A stretch of 64,000 nucleotides of DNA from positions 1,024,001-1,088,000 of the forward strand of contig CAXXHB010000003.1 of assembly GCA_963664815.2 (NCBI GenBank). Direction: 5' to 3'. A model generated the notes under the pieces. That model had not been told where the DNA came from. It ran no database searches and saw only the letters and a list, made by a program, of their open reading frames with translations. Shown in pieces: positions 19,310-29,772 of the stretch. How positions within the stretch are numbered: the first letter of the stretch is position 1; the number at the start of each line of letters is the position of its first letter. This DNA comes from Spirochaetota bacterium (lineage in GTDB: Bacteria > Spirochaetota > UBA4802 > UBA5550). The position numbers were made by a program, and so were the translations under genes.

Positions 19310-19385
19310 TGCATTACCGGCACTTCGAGAATTATTTGTGCATTTTAGATAGTTAATCCCTGAATAAATCAGGGATTTTTAATGG
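19310..19385 (+). promoter_or_regulatory. putative short CRISPR leader containing a hairpin
   Basis: 76 bp between cas2 and the first repeat; AATCCCTGA-ATAAA-TCAGGGATT at 19355-19377. Confidence 0.55.
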
Positions 19386-22300
19386 GTATCAGCTTCCAGT
19401 AATGGGATTTAAAGCAGATCATAGGCGTTTTCTTCACCGTGTTGTTTAGCCAGGTATCAGCTTCCAGTAATGGGATTTAAAGTACAATAAATTGTTCCTA
19501 CTTTGGTCGGCATATATGGTATCAGCTTCCAGTAATGGGATTTAAAGTGTTCTTAAGTTCTTTCATCTCGTCCTCTGTATTACGGTATCAGCTTCCAGTA
19601 ATGGGATTTAAAGTTCAGAGACGAAAGCTGACCATCATAATTCACATACGGTATCAGCTTCCAGTAATGGGATTTAAAGTAATCTATTGTTGTCAAGATC
19701 AGCCATTGAAACCGAGTATCAGCTTCCAGTAATGGGATTTAAAGTTTTGCGTGAGGAATATACGTTAATTAAGGTTGCTGGTATCAGCTTCCAGTAATGG
19801 GATTTAAAGATATTTGAATGTGTCTCTCATTTGTCCACATATCATAGTATCAGCTTCCAGTAATGGGATTTAAAGATCTTTCATCCGTTGTTCAAATCTC
19901 TGCCAGACACGTATCAGCTTCCAGTAATGGGATTTAAAGTAACTTTATTTTTACTTACCCGGTTTAATACCCCATGTATCAGCTTCCAGTAATGGGATTT
20001 AAAGTATCATGCACCCCTTAAACTTTCTGTACATTCTTCAGTATCAGCTTCCAGTAATGGGATTTAAAGTAGTGAAAACTTTTCTCCATGCCCTGAAGCG
20101 TTCTAGTATCAGCTTCCAGTAATGGGATTTAAAGTTTAATCCCTGTGCGCCTTGCGCTCCGGTATCACCCGTATCAGCTTCCAGTAATGGGATTTAAAGT
20201 GCACAGTTGGGGGGCGTTAATAATAAATTATATGTAGTATCAGCTTCCAGTAATGGGATTTAAAGGGCTTTCGAAGATTGCAAAGAGTTTGGTATATTCC
20301 TGTATCAGCTTCCAGTAATGGGATTTAAAGTTACACCGTTGGGAGTGAGTCCTGCGAGTGACATAAGGTATCAGCTTCCAGTAATGGGATTTAAAGTTGC
20401 AATACTATAATCAACCTCTTTCGGCAGAACGGGTATCAGCTTCCAGTAATGGGATTTAAAGAATTTCCAGCATGAATAAATATATTCTCTGTCAATTGTA
20501 TCAGCTTCCAGTAATGGGATTTAAAGGTCGTTAACCGCCTGAAATAACGGCCCTGATTCCTCAGTATCAGCTTCCAGTAATGGGATTTAAAGCAAACCAT
20601 ATTTGGTTTATATCTCATTTCGTCATAGTATCAGCTTCCAGTAATGGGATTTAAAGATTGATACAGCATATATGCTGTTAGATGTAAGTGATAGTATCAG
20701 CTTCCAGTAATGGGATTTAAAGCAAGGAACGATGGCAGGACACGGAATTTCGGTGTCAGGTATCAGCTTCCAGTAATGGGATTTAAAGCATAATTTAACA
20801 TTGTTGCTTTCTTCTTTGCATCGGGTATCAGCTTCCAGTAATGGGATTTAAAGATAAGTACACAAGCACCTCAACGTGCTCCTTACAAGTATCAGCTTCC
20901 AGTAATGGGATTTAAAGTAACTTTATTTTTACTTACCCGGTTTAATACCCCATGTATCAGCTTCCAGTAATGGGATTTAAAGTATCATGCACCCCTTAAA
21001 CTTTCTGTACATTCTTCAGTATCAGCTTCCAGTAATGGGATTTAAAGTAGTGAAAACTTTTCTCCATGCCCTGAAGCGTTCTAGTATCAGCTTCCAGTAA
21101 TGGGATTTAAAGTTTAATCCCTGTGCGCCTTGCGCTCCGGTATCACCCGTATCAGCTTCCAGTAATGGGATTTAAAGTGCACAGTTGGGGGGCGTTAATA
21201 ATAAATTATATGTAGTATCAGCTTCCAGTAATGGGATTTAAAGGGCTTTCGAAGATTGCAAAGAGTTTGGTATATTCCTGTATCAGCTTCCAGTAATGGG
21301 ATTTAAAGTTACACCGTTGGGAGTGAGTCCTGCGAGTGACATAAGGTATCAGCTTCCAGTAATGGGATTTAAAGTTGCAATACTATAATCAACCTCTTTC
21401 GGCAGAACGGGTATCAGCTTCCAGTAATGGGATTTAAAGAATTTCCAGCATGAATAAATATATTCTCTGTCAATTGTATCAGCTTCCAGTAATGGGATTT
21501 AAAGGTCGTTAACCGCCTGAAATAACGGCCCTGATTCCTCAGTATCAGCTTCCAGTAATGGGATTTAAAGCAAACCATATTTGGTTTATATCTCATTTCG
21601 TCATAGTATCAGCTTCCAGTAATGGGATTTAAAGATTGATACAGCATATATGCTGTTAGATGTAAGTGATAGTATCAGCTTCCAGTAATGGGATTTAAAG
21701 CAAGGAACGATGGCAGGACACGGAATTTCGGTGTCAGGTATCAGCTTCCAGTAATGGGATTTAAAGCATAATTTAACATTGTTGCTTTCTTCTTTGCATC
21801 GGGTATCAGCTTCCAGTAATGGGATTTAAAGATAAGTACACAAGCACCTCAACGTGCTCCTTACAAGTATCAGCTTCCAGTAATGGGATTTAAAGGTTGA
21901 TTTCCCCAAAAGAGCTTATAACTTAGTGTAGTATCAGCTTCCAGTAATGGGATTTAAAGCATAATTTAACATTGTTGCTTTCTTCTTTGCATCGGGTATC
22001 AGCTTCCAGTAATGGGATTTAAAGATAAGTACACAAGCACCTCAACGTGCTCCTTACAAGTATCAGCTTCCAGTAATGGGATTTAAAGGTTGATTTCCCC
22101 AAAAGAGCTTATAACTTAGTGTAGTATCAGCTTCCAGTAATGGGATTTAAAGATGGTAAGCAAGGCTTTTATTCCACTGTTGGGGGAGTATCAGCTTCCA
22201 GTAATGGGATTTAAAGACCTTATATAAGGCGGCCGGATGTCGTTTAAATATAGTATCAGCTTCCAGTAATGGGATTTAAAGAAATATGATTCAATCCCAG

Positions 22301-24383
22301 TAACACCAAAACAAATATGTATCAGCTTCCAGTAATGGGATTTAAAGTACTATAAAGCTCGGTAAATATTGCGTTCACTTCATCGTATCAGCTTCCAGTA
22401 ATGGGATTTAAAGCCTCTCAACACTTTTACTGTTACACCTGAACTGTTTGTATCAGCTTCCAGTAATGGGATTTAAAGCTATAATATTTAGTAATCGCGT
22501 CATCATGCTTTTTTGCGTATCAGCTTCCAGTAATGGGATTTAAAGGTTTATAGCGGATAAGATAATCAGCATCAGACATGTCGTATCAGCTTCCAGTAAT
22601 GGGATTTAAAGTGATTAAAGAAATGCCAGATGGCCCTTTAAAATCAAGTATCAGCTTCCAGTAATGGGATTTAAAGCCAAATATAATTATAGGAGCAATT
22701 GATTTCTTAAAAGTATCAGCTTCCAGTAATGGGATTTAAAGCGTTATTATATTAATAGATTAGGTATTGATCCTAATGTATCAGCTTCCAGTAATGGGAT
22801 TTAAAGTTTTTTGCACAAATTTCTGATTTTAAAATTGCTTGTTGTATCAGCTTCCAGTAATGGGATTTAAAGTCATTAAAATCATATTGCTCAAATCGAG
22901 CAATTTCTAGTATCAGCTTCCAGTAATGGGATTTAAAGCGCTTTAGCGCAAGAATAAATTAAAAGGAGTATGCGGTATCAGCTTCCAGTAATGGGATTTA
23001 AAGTTGACACCACCTGTGATAAAGTTTTCCCAATCGTCCCAGTATCAGCTTCCAGTAATGGGATTTAAAGTAAACTACCTATTGCTACGTTTGTCGGGTT
23101 CCATCTTGTATCAGCTTCCAGTAATGGGATTTAAAGAGTAATGTGTTTAAAAGTACAGGCAGTCTTAACCCTCGTATCAGCTTCCAGTAATGGGATTTAA
23201 AGAGTATTAATGGTTTATTCAGAAACTCTGATACTTTGGTATCAGCTTCCAGTAATGGGATTTAAAGGACAAGAGGAACTATTAAAAAACATCCTGCAAT
23301 AGTAGTATCAGCTTCCAGTAATGGGATTTAAAGAAATTTATCATACCTTTATTCCAACAACTTTTTATAGTATCAGCTTCCAGTAATGGGATTTAAAGTA
23401 TGAATAAGATTGATAATGCCTTAACCGGGAAAAGGTATCAGCTTCCAGTAATGGGATTTAAAGTTATAATTTTGTATTTTCCTGCACGGGGGCCAGCGGT
23501 GTATCAGCTTCCAGTAATGGGATTTAAAGTTGTTTGGTTTATGTCTCATATCCGGGATTGATAAAGTATCAGCTTCCAGTAATGGGATTTAAAGTACGCT
23601 TTTCAAGGTCGGTTTTTTGTACCGGCTTGTGTATCAGCTTCCAGTAATGGGATTTAAAGAAATTAACGGCTTGTTCAAAAACTCTGATACCTTGCCGTAT
23701 CAGCTTCCAGTAATGGGATTTAAAGATAATCTCTTACTTGTTGTGTTAATCATATGCTACCAGTATCAGCTTCCAGTAATGGGATTTAAAGCCATCAGCG
23801 CAATAGGGAGCGCAAAAACTAAATAAACGTATCAGCTTCCAGTAATGGGATTTAAAGATTACACTATTGGACAAGAAAATTTTAGTAAAATAGTATCAGC
23901 TTCCAGTAATGGGATTTAAAGCCGTATTCCACTAAGTCTTCTCCGGAATTTTTTCCCTGGTATCAGCTTCCAGTAATGGGATTTAAAGAGTTATACTACG
24001 ACCAATTATATTCGTATTGGTTGTGAGTATCAGCTTCCAGTAATGGGATTTAAAGCGCAAAGATATATTTGCAGCACCTTCTGAACCGGGAGTATCAGCT
24101 TCCAGTAATGGGATTTAAAGTCATTAACTGCCTGAAATAACGGCCCTGATTCTTCAGCGTATCAGCTTCCAGTAATGGGATTTAAAGCCCGTTTCAACGT
24201 CCATGTTTCACCGGCCGCTCGCTGTATCAGCTTCCAGTAATGGGATTTAAAGTATATTCGATGTGAGTCTGTAGAAGATGAAACTATAGTATCAGCTTCC
24301 AGTAATGGGATTTAAAGATGTTAGTTCCTGAAGTTATTTCAGCTTCAAGTGCCAGTATAAGCTTCCAGTAATGGAACCTTCAT
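19386..24383 (+). CRISPR. CRISPR array: 29-nt repeat GTATCAGCTTCCAGTAATGGGATTTAAAG, 77 repeats, 76 spacers (58 unique, 35-39 nt)
   Basis: Counted by hand; last repeat degenerate (24355, GTATAAGCTTCCAGTAATGGAACC); 3' ATTTAAAG handle supports + orientation. Confidence 0.98.
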
Positions 24384-24556
24384 TACTCAATAGTTTGATT
24401 TTCATCCTGTTCCTGGCAAGCGGTGAGTCGAAGTGTTCCCTTTTAACATTAATTTCTACATACGAATTATTCTTGCAATTATAAATCCGGTAATTTAAAA
24501 TCCATGGATATTATGTTGGGCTACTGCTAAGGCGGTTACCCTATGTCAAACCTGAA

Positions 24557-24612
24557 GAGTATTTAAATCAGTGTAGATTGATTAAGATACTCATCTTAAC
24601 GTTAAATGCCAG
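24557..24612 (+). repeat. attC-like 3' hairpin and core site G|TTAAATGCC
   Basis: Hairpin GAGTATTTAAATCA/TGATTAAGATACTC; homologous to the IS3-split copy at 25181-25198 + 26455-26494. Confidence 0.55.
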
Positions 24613-24650
24613 TGCCTTGTTGCTTCATATAAAAGGAAGTTAACTATCTT

Positions 24651-25160
24651 ATGGATTACATAAAATTTCAAAAGCGAGATGCTTGGATCTTATTAACAAT
24701 CCCATTAAACAATGAGGGTACTGATTTACAAGGAGTAATTGGAAGAGCAGATGCCATCAATAAATTAATACCTTCAGATGAAGAAATTGAAGGTGCTATA
24801 AATAGATTTTTAAAGACTGGTATAATTAAATATGAAAACAATAATTTTATTTTAATGAACGAATATACTCAAATAATAAAAAACATTTATGATGAACATA
24901 AGATAATATTTGATGTATGGGGTGAATTAGAATTTTTTTTAATGAATAAAGAATGGCCATTATTAAATGCTGATCTTCATTATAAACTAGCAAAGGATGA
25001 AAGCAGAATTGCATATCAAAATTATTCAAAATGGTTTTGGAAAACATTTAAAGAAATTTCAAAAAAAGATAAAAACAAAAAAAAGATAACGGCATATAAC
25101 AGACGATGCACAGCTTGTATTGGACTTGTCAAAATAAACTGTACCGAAGTGATGTTATAA
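24651..25160 (+). CDS. AT-rich hypothetical protein (putative gene cassette 1)
   Basis: Intact ORF with no recognised family; tail KKITAYNRR runs into the GGCATATAAC inverse-core-like site. Confidence 0.65.
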   Translation: MDYIKFQKRDAWILLTIPLNNEGTDLQGVIGRADAINKLIPSDEEIEGAINRFLKTGIIKYENNNFILMNEYTQIIKNIYDEHKIIFDVWGELEFFLMNKEWPLLNADLHYKLAKDESRIAYQNYSKWFWKTFKEISKKDKNKKKITAYNRRCTACIGLVKINCTEVML

Positions 25161-25263
25161 AAAAGCAGGCCAACTTGTGTAGTGTCTCAATCGGATAATG
25201 ATCTTCCCCTGATATAGTGGACATTAAGTTAAGCCGAAAATATAATAAATTTGGAGGCTTACA

Positions 25264-25554
25264 ATGTCAGAGAGAAGTAAATACAGCCCGGAATTTAAGA
25301 AAGAGGCTGTAGAATTATTAAGAACCAGCGGAAAGACATCACTTGAAATAGCGAATGATCTTGGGATTAAAAGAGATAATCTATTGCGCTGGAATAGGGA
25401 AATTGAAACAGAGGAAAGGAATTCCGGGACAATAACAATAAATCCTCAGGATAGTGAAGAAATTAAACGACTCAAGAAGGAAATGTTGATTCTTAAGCAG
25501 GAGCGTGACATTCTAAAAAAGGCTCTGGGCATATTCTCGAAACCACAAGAATGA
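25264..25554 (+). CDS. IS3 transposase OrfA (HTH)
   Basis: YSPEFKKEAV...IA.DLGI...W, ERDILKKA; A6G slippery site at 25515-25521. Confidence 0.9.
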   Translation: MSERSKYSPEFKKEAVELLRTSGKTSLEIANDLGIKRDNLLRWNREIETEERNSGTITINPQDSEEIKRLKKEMLILKQERDILKKALGIFSKPQE

Positions 25555-26421
25555 AATATGAATTCATCAAGGAACAGAGTACTGAATTTCCAGTATCGAG
25601 GATATGCCAGATTATGGATGTGAGTAAAAAGCGGTTATTATGCCTGGCTGAAAGCTCCAAAGAGTATAAGAGGGCTTGAAAATGAAATACTATTGGAGAG
25701 GATAAAATCATCACATGAATCAAGCGGAGAGAGCTATGGCAGCCCCAGAATTCATCAGGATTTACTTGAAGAAGGTATTTTCTGCGGAATACATAGGGTT
25801 GAGAGGCTGATGAATGTGAATGGGATTCATGCAAAGACAAAGAAAAAATTTAAGGCAACCACTGATTCGGGTCATTCTTTGCCAGTGTCTGAGAATATAC
25901 TAGACAGGAATTTTACTGTTGAAGAGAAAGATAAAGTATATGTGTCAGATATAACCTATATCTGGACATTAGAAGGCTGGCTGTATTTATGTATAGTAAT
26001 GGATTTATTTTCCAGAATGATAGTCGGATGGTCAATGGCAAATCATATGAGAGCTGAACTTGTTGAAGATGCTTTTAACATGGCCTGTATGAGAAGAAAT
26101 CCGGGCCCTGGCCTGATATTCCATTCTGATAGAGGTAAACAATATGCCAGCAAATCCTTCAGGGAATTACTTGAATCAAAGAAATGTATTCAGAGTATGA
26201 GCAGGAATGGCAATTGCTGGGATAATGCCTGTGCTGAATCTTTATTTCATTCGATGAAAACAGAAGAATTTTATTTTAATATTTACAAAACAAGGAATGA
26301 GGCTAAGAGAAGTATCTTTAGATATATTGAAATATTTTATAACCGTAAAAGAAGGCATTCACATCTGGGTTATAAAAGTCCGGAGATTTTTGAAAGATTA
26401 AATCTTAAAATAATGGTTTAA
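25551..26421 (+). pseudogene. IS3 transposase OrfB (DDE), frameshifted
   Basis: SDITYI, DLFSR, HSDRG, CWDNA.AES; MKYEFI..DVSK and SGYYAW lie in different frames because of an extra A at 25626-25630. Confidence 0.8.
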
Positions 26422-26482
26422 CAAAGTGTCCATTTTTTCGGGGGAACATCATAAAATTGATTAAGATATTCTTATTAACGTA

Positions 26483-27073
26483 ATGAGAAAAACTATGATG
26501 AAGAATATAATACAAAAATTAAAAGCAAACAAGATAGAAATAACAGTTTCAATTATTCTTATTTCTAACATTATAATAATAATAGTCTTTTTTGATCCTT
26601 CTTGTGTTTATTATTCATACGGTCCAACGAAGCCAAACAGCAGATTTGATCTTGCTGGACCAAAAACAGTTGATTATAAGCTTTTAAATAATCTTCGTTA
26701 TCAATTAATCGACGAACTCACAACTGATTCAGAGTACAATAAAAAAGATGCAATTTTTATACTTACAAAAATGCCAAAATTTAATTACAAAATTAAAAAA
26801 TTTGATCTGGACTATCTAAATTCAAAAATTCAAGAAGAAAAAGATAAATTAAAAGAAATGGAAAATCAGTACAAAATAAATAAAAGCAAGAAACATTACA
26901 ATGAGATTGTTTTGCAAAAAGAAATTATTAAAAAGAAATATGAAGAAATCAACGCGTTTCAAATAAATGAAAAAAATGCAAAAAATGAAAGAAATGAATA
27001 TTATCAAGTTTTAGAAGACTTGAAAAACCATAAATATGTTGATTCTAAAAAAATATTAAAATTTCTTGAATGA
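26483..27073 (+). CDS. AT-rich hypothetical membrane-anchored coiled-coil protein (putative gene cassette 2)
   Basis: N-terminal hydrophobic run, K/E-rich C-terminus; start may be 26495/26498. Confidence 0.6.
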   Translation: MRKTMMKNIIQKLKANKIEITVSIILISNIIIIIVFFDPSCVYYSYGPTKPNSRFDLAGPKTVDYKLLNNLRYQLIDELTTDSEYNKKDAIFILTKMPKFNYKIKKFDLDYLNSKIQEEKDKLKEMENQYKINKSKKHYNEIVLQKEIIKKKYEEINAFQINEKNAKNERNEYYQVLEDLKNHKYVDSKKILKFLE

Positions 27074-27314
27074 GAAACATAAAAATATAAAAAACCATTG
27101 TGAAATTTCAGTTATTCGCATAACAAAGTAAAGTGTCGCAAAAGTAACTTATTAAAAAAATTGAGTAGTCTAAAATAAAATCGGCTGAATATCCTCTGAT
27201 TTTATTTTTATAATTCTGTATGTATCCCGAAGTTCGTGTGTCTTCGGGAATATTTTACTTTATCTCATTATAATCTGTATTCAAACCGGGCTAGGGTTTT
27301 CTTCGAGTTATTAA

Positions 27315-27461
27315 GGATGGGAAAATATTACATTAGAAAGCTTTTTAGAAGCTGCAATATCATGGGCCGAAGATTCTGAATTTGGGAAAATGCAAAAGAA
27401 TAAAGATAATTTATGGTATAAATTTGCATTATTTTTGTACTGCGGAAAAATATATGAATGA
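27315..27461 (+). pseudogene. 5'-truncated fragment of a DUF7660-like small protein
   Basis: Hand translation GWENITLESFLEAAISWAEDSEFG...NLWYKFALFLYCGKIYE*; in-frame stop immediately upstream and no start before the conserved block. Confidence 0.55.
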
Positions 27462-27607
27462 ATATTGTTCTAAAGTAAGCACAACAATAATATCCTGGCG
27501 GGTAATATAAACCAAGTTGCAGATTAAATGTTCACTTTTTAAAAGTCTATTTAATAATACTCAAGAAGAAAATTTTTTAAATTCTGGACTGTATGCAGTT
27601 TCAAAGA

Positions 27608-27665
27608 CCCTCTCCAGCCGTAAGGAGGGAGAGGGTGCGCAAGCCATAGCGATGCGCGGGTGAGG
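27608..27665 (-). repeat. REP-like element, inverse orientation to 8117-8153
   Basis: CCCTCTCC..GGAGAGGGTGCGC..GCGCGGGTGAGG. Confidence 0.5.
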
Positions 27666-27829
27666 CGACAATAAAGATATAATAATCGAGAGGAAAGACC
27701 CGAAGTTTCTTGCAAAAAGTCTGTATTTCGCATTATCCAGCTGGGATACCCCTGTTGAGTACAACAATATTTCTCTTACCTCCGGGAAGTAAATTTTAAA
27801 ACGGTATTTACCGTTTGTATCAATAACAG

Positions 27830-27855
27830 CCTGCCCTCCGGCTCCGGAGGGCAGG
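27830..27855. repeat. perfect GC-rich hairpin (REP-like)
   Basis: CCTGCCCTCCGG-CT-CCGGAGGGCAGG. Confidence 0.6.
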
Positions 27856-28131
27856 TGCTTCATATCTCCGGCAGTGAAACATCTGTTACCTGATGAAAAT
27901 TCATTCAGTCAAAGTACAGGCTGCAGCAGCAGTTGACTGTTAAACGGAGACATTCCGTATATCCCTGAATTATAATATAATTTTTTATCACGACCCGTTG
28001 AAAAACCTGACCTTTTTTATTATAGTGAATAAAACGTATAACAGAAAAAGGGGATGTATCACCGGCTGATGATACTCAATATTGAACTGATGTCGTTTAC
28101 TGGTATTGCCGGGGACATAAAGGGTAAAGTT

Positions 28132-29268
28132 ATGAAACAGATATCGTTTGAAGAGATTGCCGATGTTATAAGCGGGCTTTCAGGAAAAACCGGAAACCAG
28201 CTGGATTTTATTCTGGAGAAGATGATGGCCGAGCAGCCGGCTATTGTAGATTTTCTCTATCAGCCTGGAGACCTGGAGGAGAGGGAGCAGTCGATACTCA
28301 TATATACGGCGCAGATAGGGTGGTTTATCATTAAAAAAGTTCTGAAGAAAAATGCCCTGGTCAGCGAGGAGTTTCTTTATGAGCAGCTGTCAAGAAATGA
28401 AATTCTTTACCGTGACAGTGTATACAACAGCAGTAAAGATGATGACGAAATCAGCGTGGTTTTTCACCAGGGTAACAGCCAGCCTTACCTTATGGATTAC
28501 CTTGTGAAGCTTATTTCGGAACATCTCCCCGGCACAGATGACCCGGTTAGGGGTGAACTGGTTCCCAATCTTGTAATTGACGTTAAAACTGTGGTCGACT
28601 GTCTTGTGCTTGATGAAAAAAAGGTGATGGCGGAAACCTGTGACGCGGCATATTCGGAGGAGAGTTTCAGTAAAGTGAAGGAATCACTGGCAGTTTATTT
28701 CAGTGAGTTTAAAAAAAGCCGCTTCTATATAAAACTGGGGCAAAAAGAGAAAAATGAGGCGGAGCTTGTAGTATCGATATTCGGTGAAATGATGTATAAC
28801 TATTTTCTGCAGATGCCGCTGAACTGGACTGCCCGGCGTTCACTGGAGTGCTGTATAGGATTAATGCCGCGCAAGGTTGTGGCCAATGAAAACTTTTTCT
28901 ATTCAGTTGAACCTGTACTTCGGGCTTTTATGCTCTTCTGTGCGGAGAATGGTTATGTAGCGGATGCTGAAAATATCGAGCGAAGGCTCTGCGAGGTTAC
29001 TGAGGATCTGCTCCTTGAATCGGACAATCCGGAAAGCTGGGGTATCGGGAAGCCGATTTTTAAAAATGGTAAAACCGGAGAGAAGAAAAAAACAGTAAAG
29101 GGGAAATCGGGCGGTAAAGGTGATATCGGGAAGAAAACAGCCGGTAAGGCTAAACCGGCTGTGAAGGATGATGAAACCGGGAAGATCGTTAAACCGGTGA
29201 AAGATACAAGGTCAGCCGGAGGTGTAAAACCGGTAAAGAAAATAACAAAAGTAAAAAAAGAAGTCTGA
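28132..29268 (+). CDS. hypothetical protein with Lys-rich low-complexity tail
   Basis: Long ORF; MPRKV..PVL..F..NPESWG block; KPVK-rich C-terminus; start 28054 or 28132. Confidence 0.7.
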   Translation: MKQISFEEIADVISGLSGKTGNQLDFILEKMMAEQPAIVDFLYQPGDLEEREQSILIYTAQIGWFIIKKVLKKNALVSEEFLYEQLSRNEILYRDSVYNSSKDDDEISVVFHQGNSQPYLMDYLVKLISEHLPGTDDPVRGELVPNLVIDVKTVVDCLVLDEKKVMAETCDAAYSEESFSKVKESLAVYFSEFKKSRFYIKLGQKEKNEAELVVSIFGEMMYNYFLQMPLNWTARRSLECCIGLMPRKVVANENFFYSVEPVLRAFMLFCAENGYVADAENIERRLCEVTEDLLLESDNPESWGIGKPIFKNGKTGEKKKTVKGKSGGKGDIGKKTAGKAKPAVKDDETGKIVKPVKDTRSAGGVKPVKKITKVKKEV

Positions 29269-29354
29269 TCCTGCGGCACGTGTGAAGAATAAACAGGTTA
29301 TGCATTGTAAATTAATTTGACATATTACTTCGAATCTTTTTAGTTTGCATCACA

Positions 29355-29741
29355 ATGAAAACAAACATGAAATATAAGGCTCAGATGCATGATCTTAAAA
29401 AGAACAGGGAGCAGTATTTTCCCCTGATGGAAGTTCTTCTCTATGCAGAGAACAGAATCGATAAAAACGACCCACCTGTGGAGATCAGGGATATAAGTCA
29501 GATAGCCCTTATTATGGAACTTATTGATATTGGCTATCTTGACAAGGATACATTTATAATAAATAAAAACCGCAGGGACATTACCGGCATGTTTTATAAA
29601 GGTGATTACCCCCTGACCGAAGCCGGGGCAAAGGTATATCGTCAGCATCTCCATGAAAGGAGAATCAGGTATATCCAGGGGTTTATGCTTCTGGTTCTGG
29701 TGCTTCTTGGCATGGTTGTATTTTATATTATGTTTAAATAG
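29355..29741 (+). CDS. hypothetical protein with C-terminal TM helix
   Basis: 128-aa ORF; ELIDIGYL..LTEAG resembles a winged helix; hydrophobic C-terminus. Confidence 0.65.
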   Translation: MKTNMKYKAQMHDLKKNREQYFPLMEVLLYAENRIDKNDPPVEIRDISQIALIMELIDIGYLDKDTFIINKNRRDITGMFYKGDYPLTEAGAKVYRQHLHERRIRYIQGFMLLVLVLLGMVVFYIMFK

Positions 29742-29772
29742 AAAATATATTATGTTTAAACAGGTAATATTA

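Larger units (their letters stand above)
25199..26451 (+). mobile_element. IS3-family insertion sequence (1253 bp)
   Basis: IRL TGATCTTCCCCTGATATAGTGGACA, IRR (rc) TGATGTTCCCCCGAAAAAATGGACA; 3-bp TSD TAA; TG...CA ends. Confidence 0.92.

Noticed and set aside
20593-23565. Spacers 19 and 64 share TTTGGTTTAT(A/G)TCTCAT
   Set aside because: 16/17 match only, flanks diverge and the change is non-synonymous; too weak to call a shared target.
19535-23826. ORFs inside the CRISPR array (19535, 20436, 21414, 23617)
   Set aside because: They are translations of repeats and spacers (YQLPVMGFK / FKSHYWKLI), not genes.
19386-24383. Self-targeting spacers within the window
   Set aside because: None noticed by eye; an exhaustive alignment was not possible, so no claim is made.
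9759-26451. CRISPR-associated transposon (CAST)
   Set aside because: No tnsA/B/C or tniQ; cas3 and the adaptation genes are intact; the IS3 has its own IRs and TSD.
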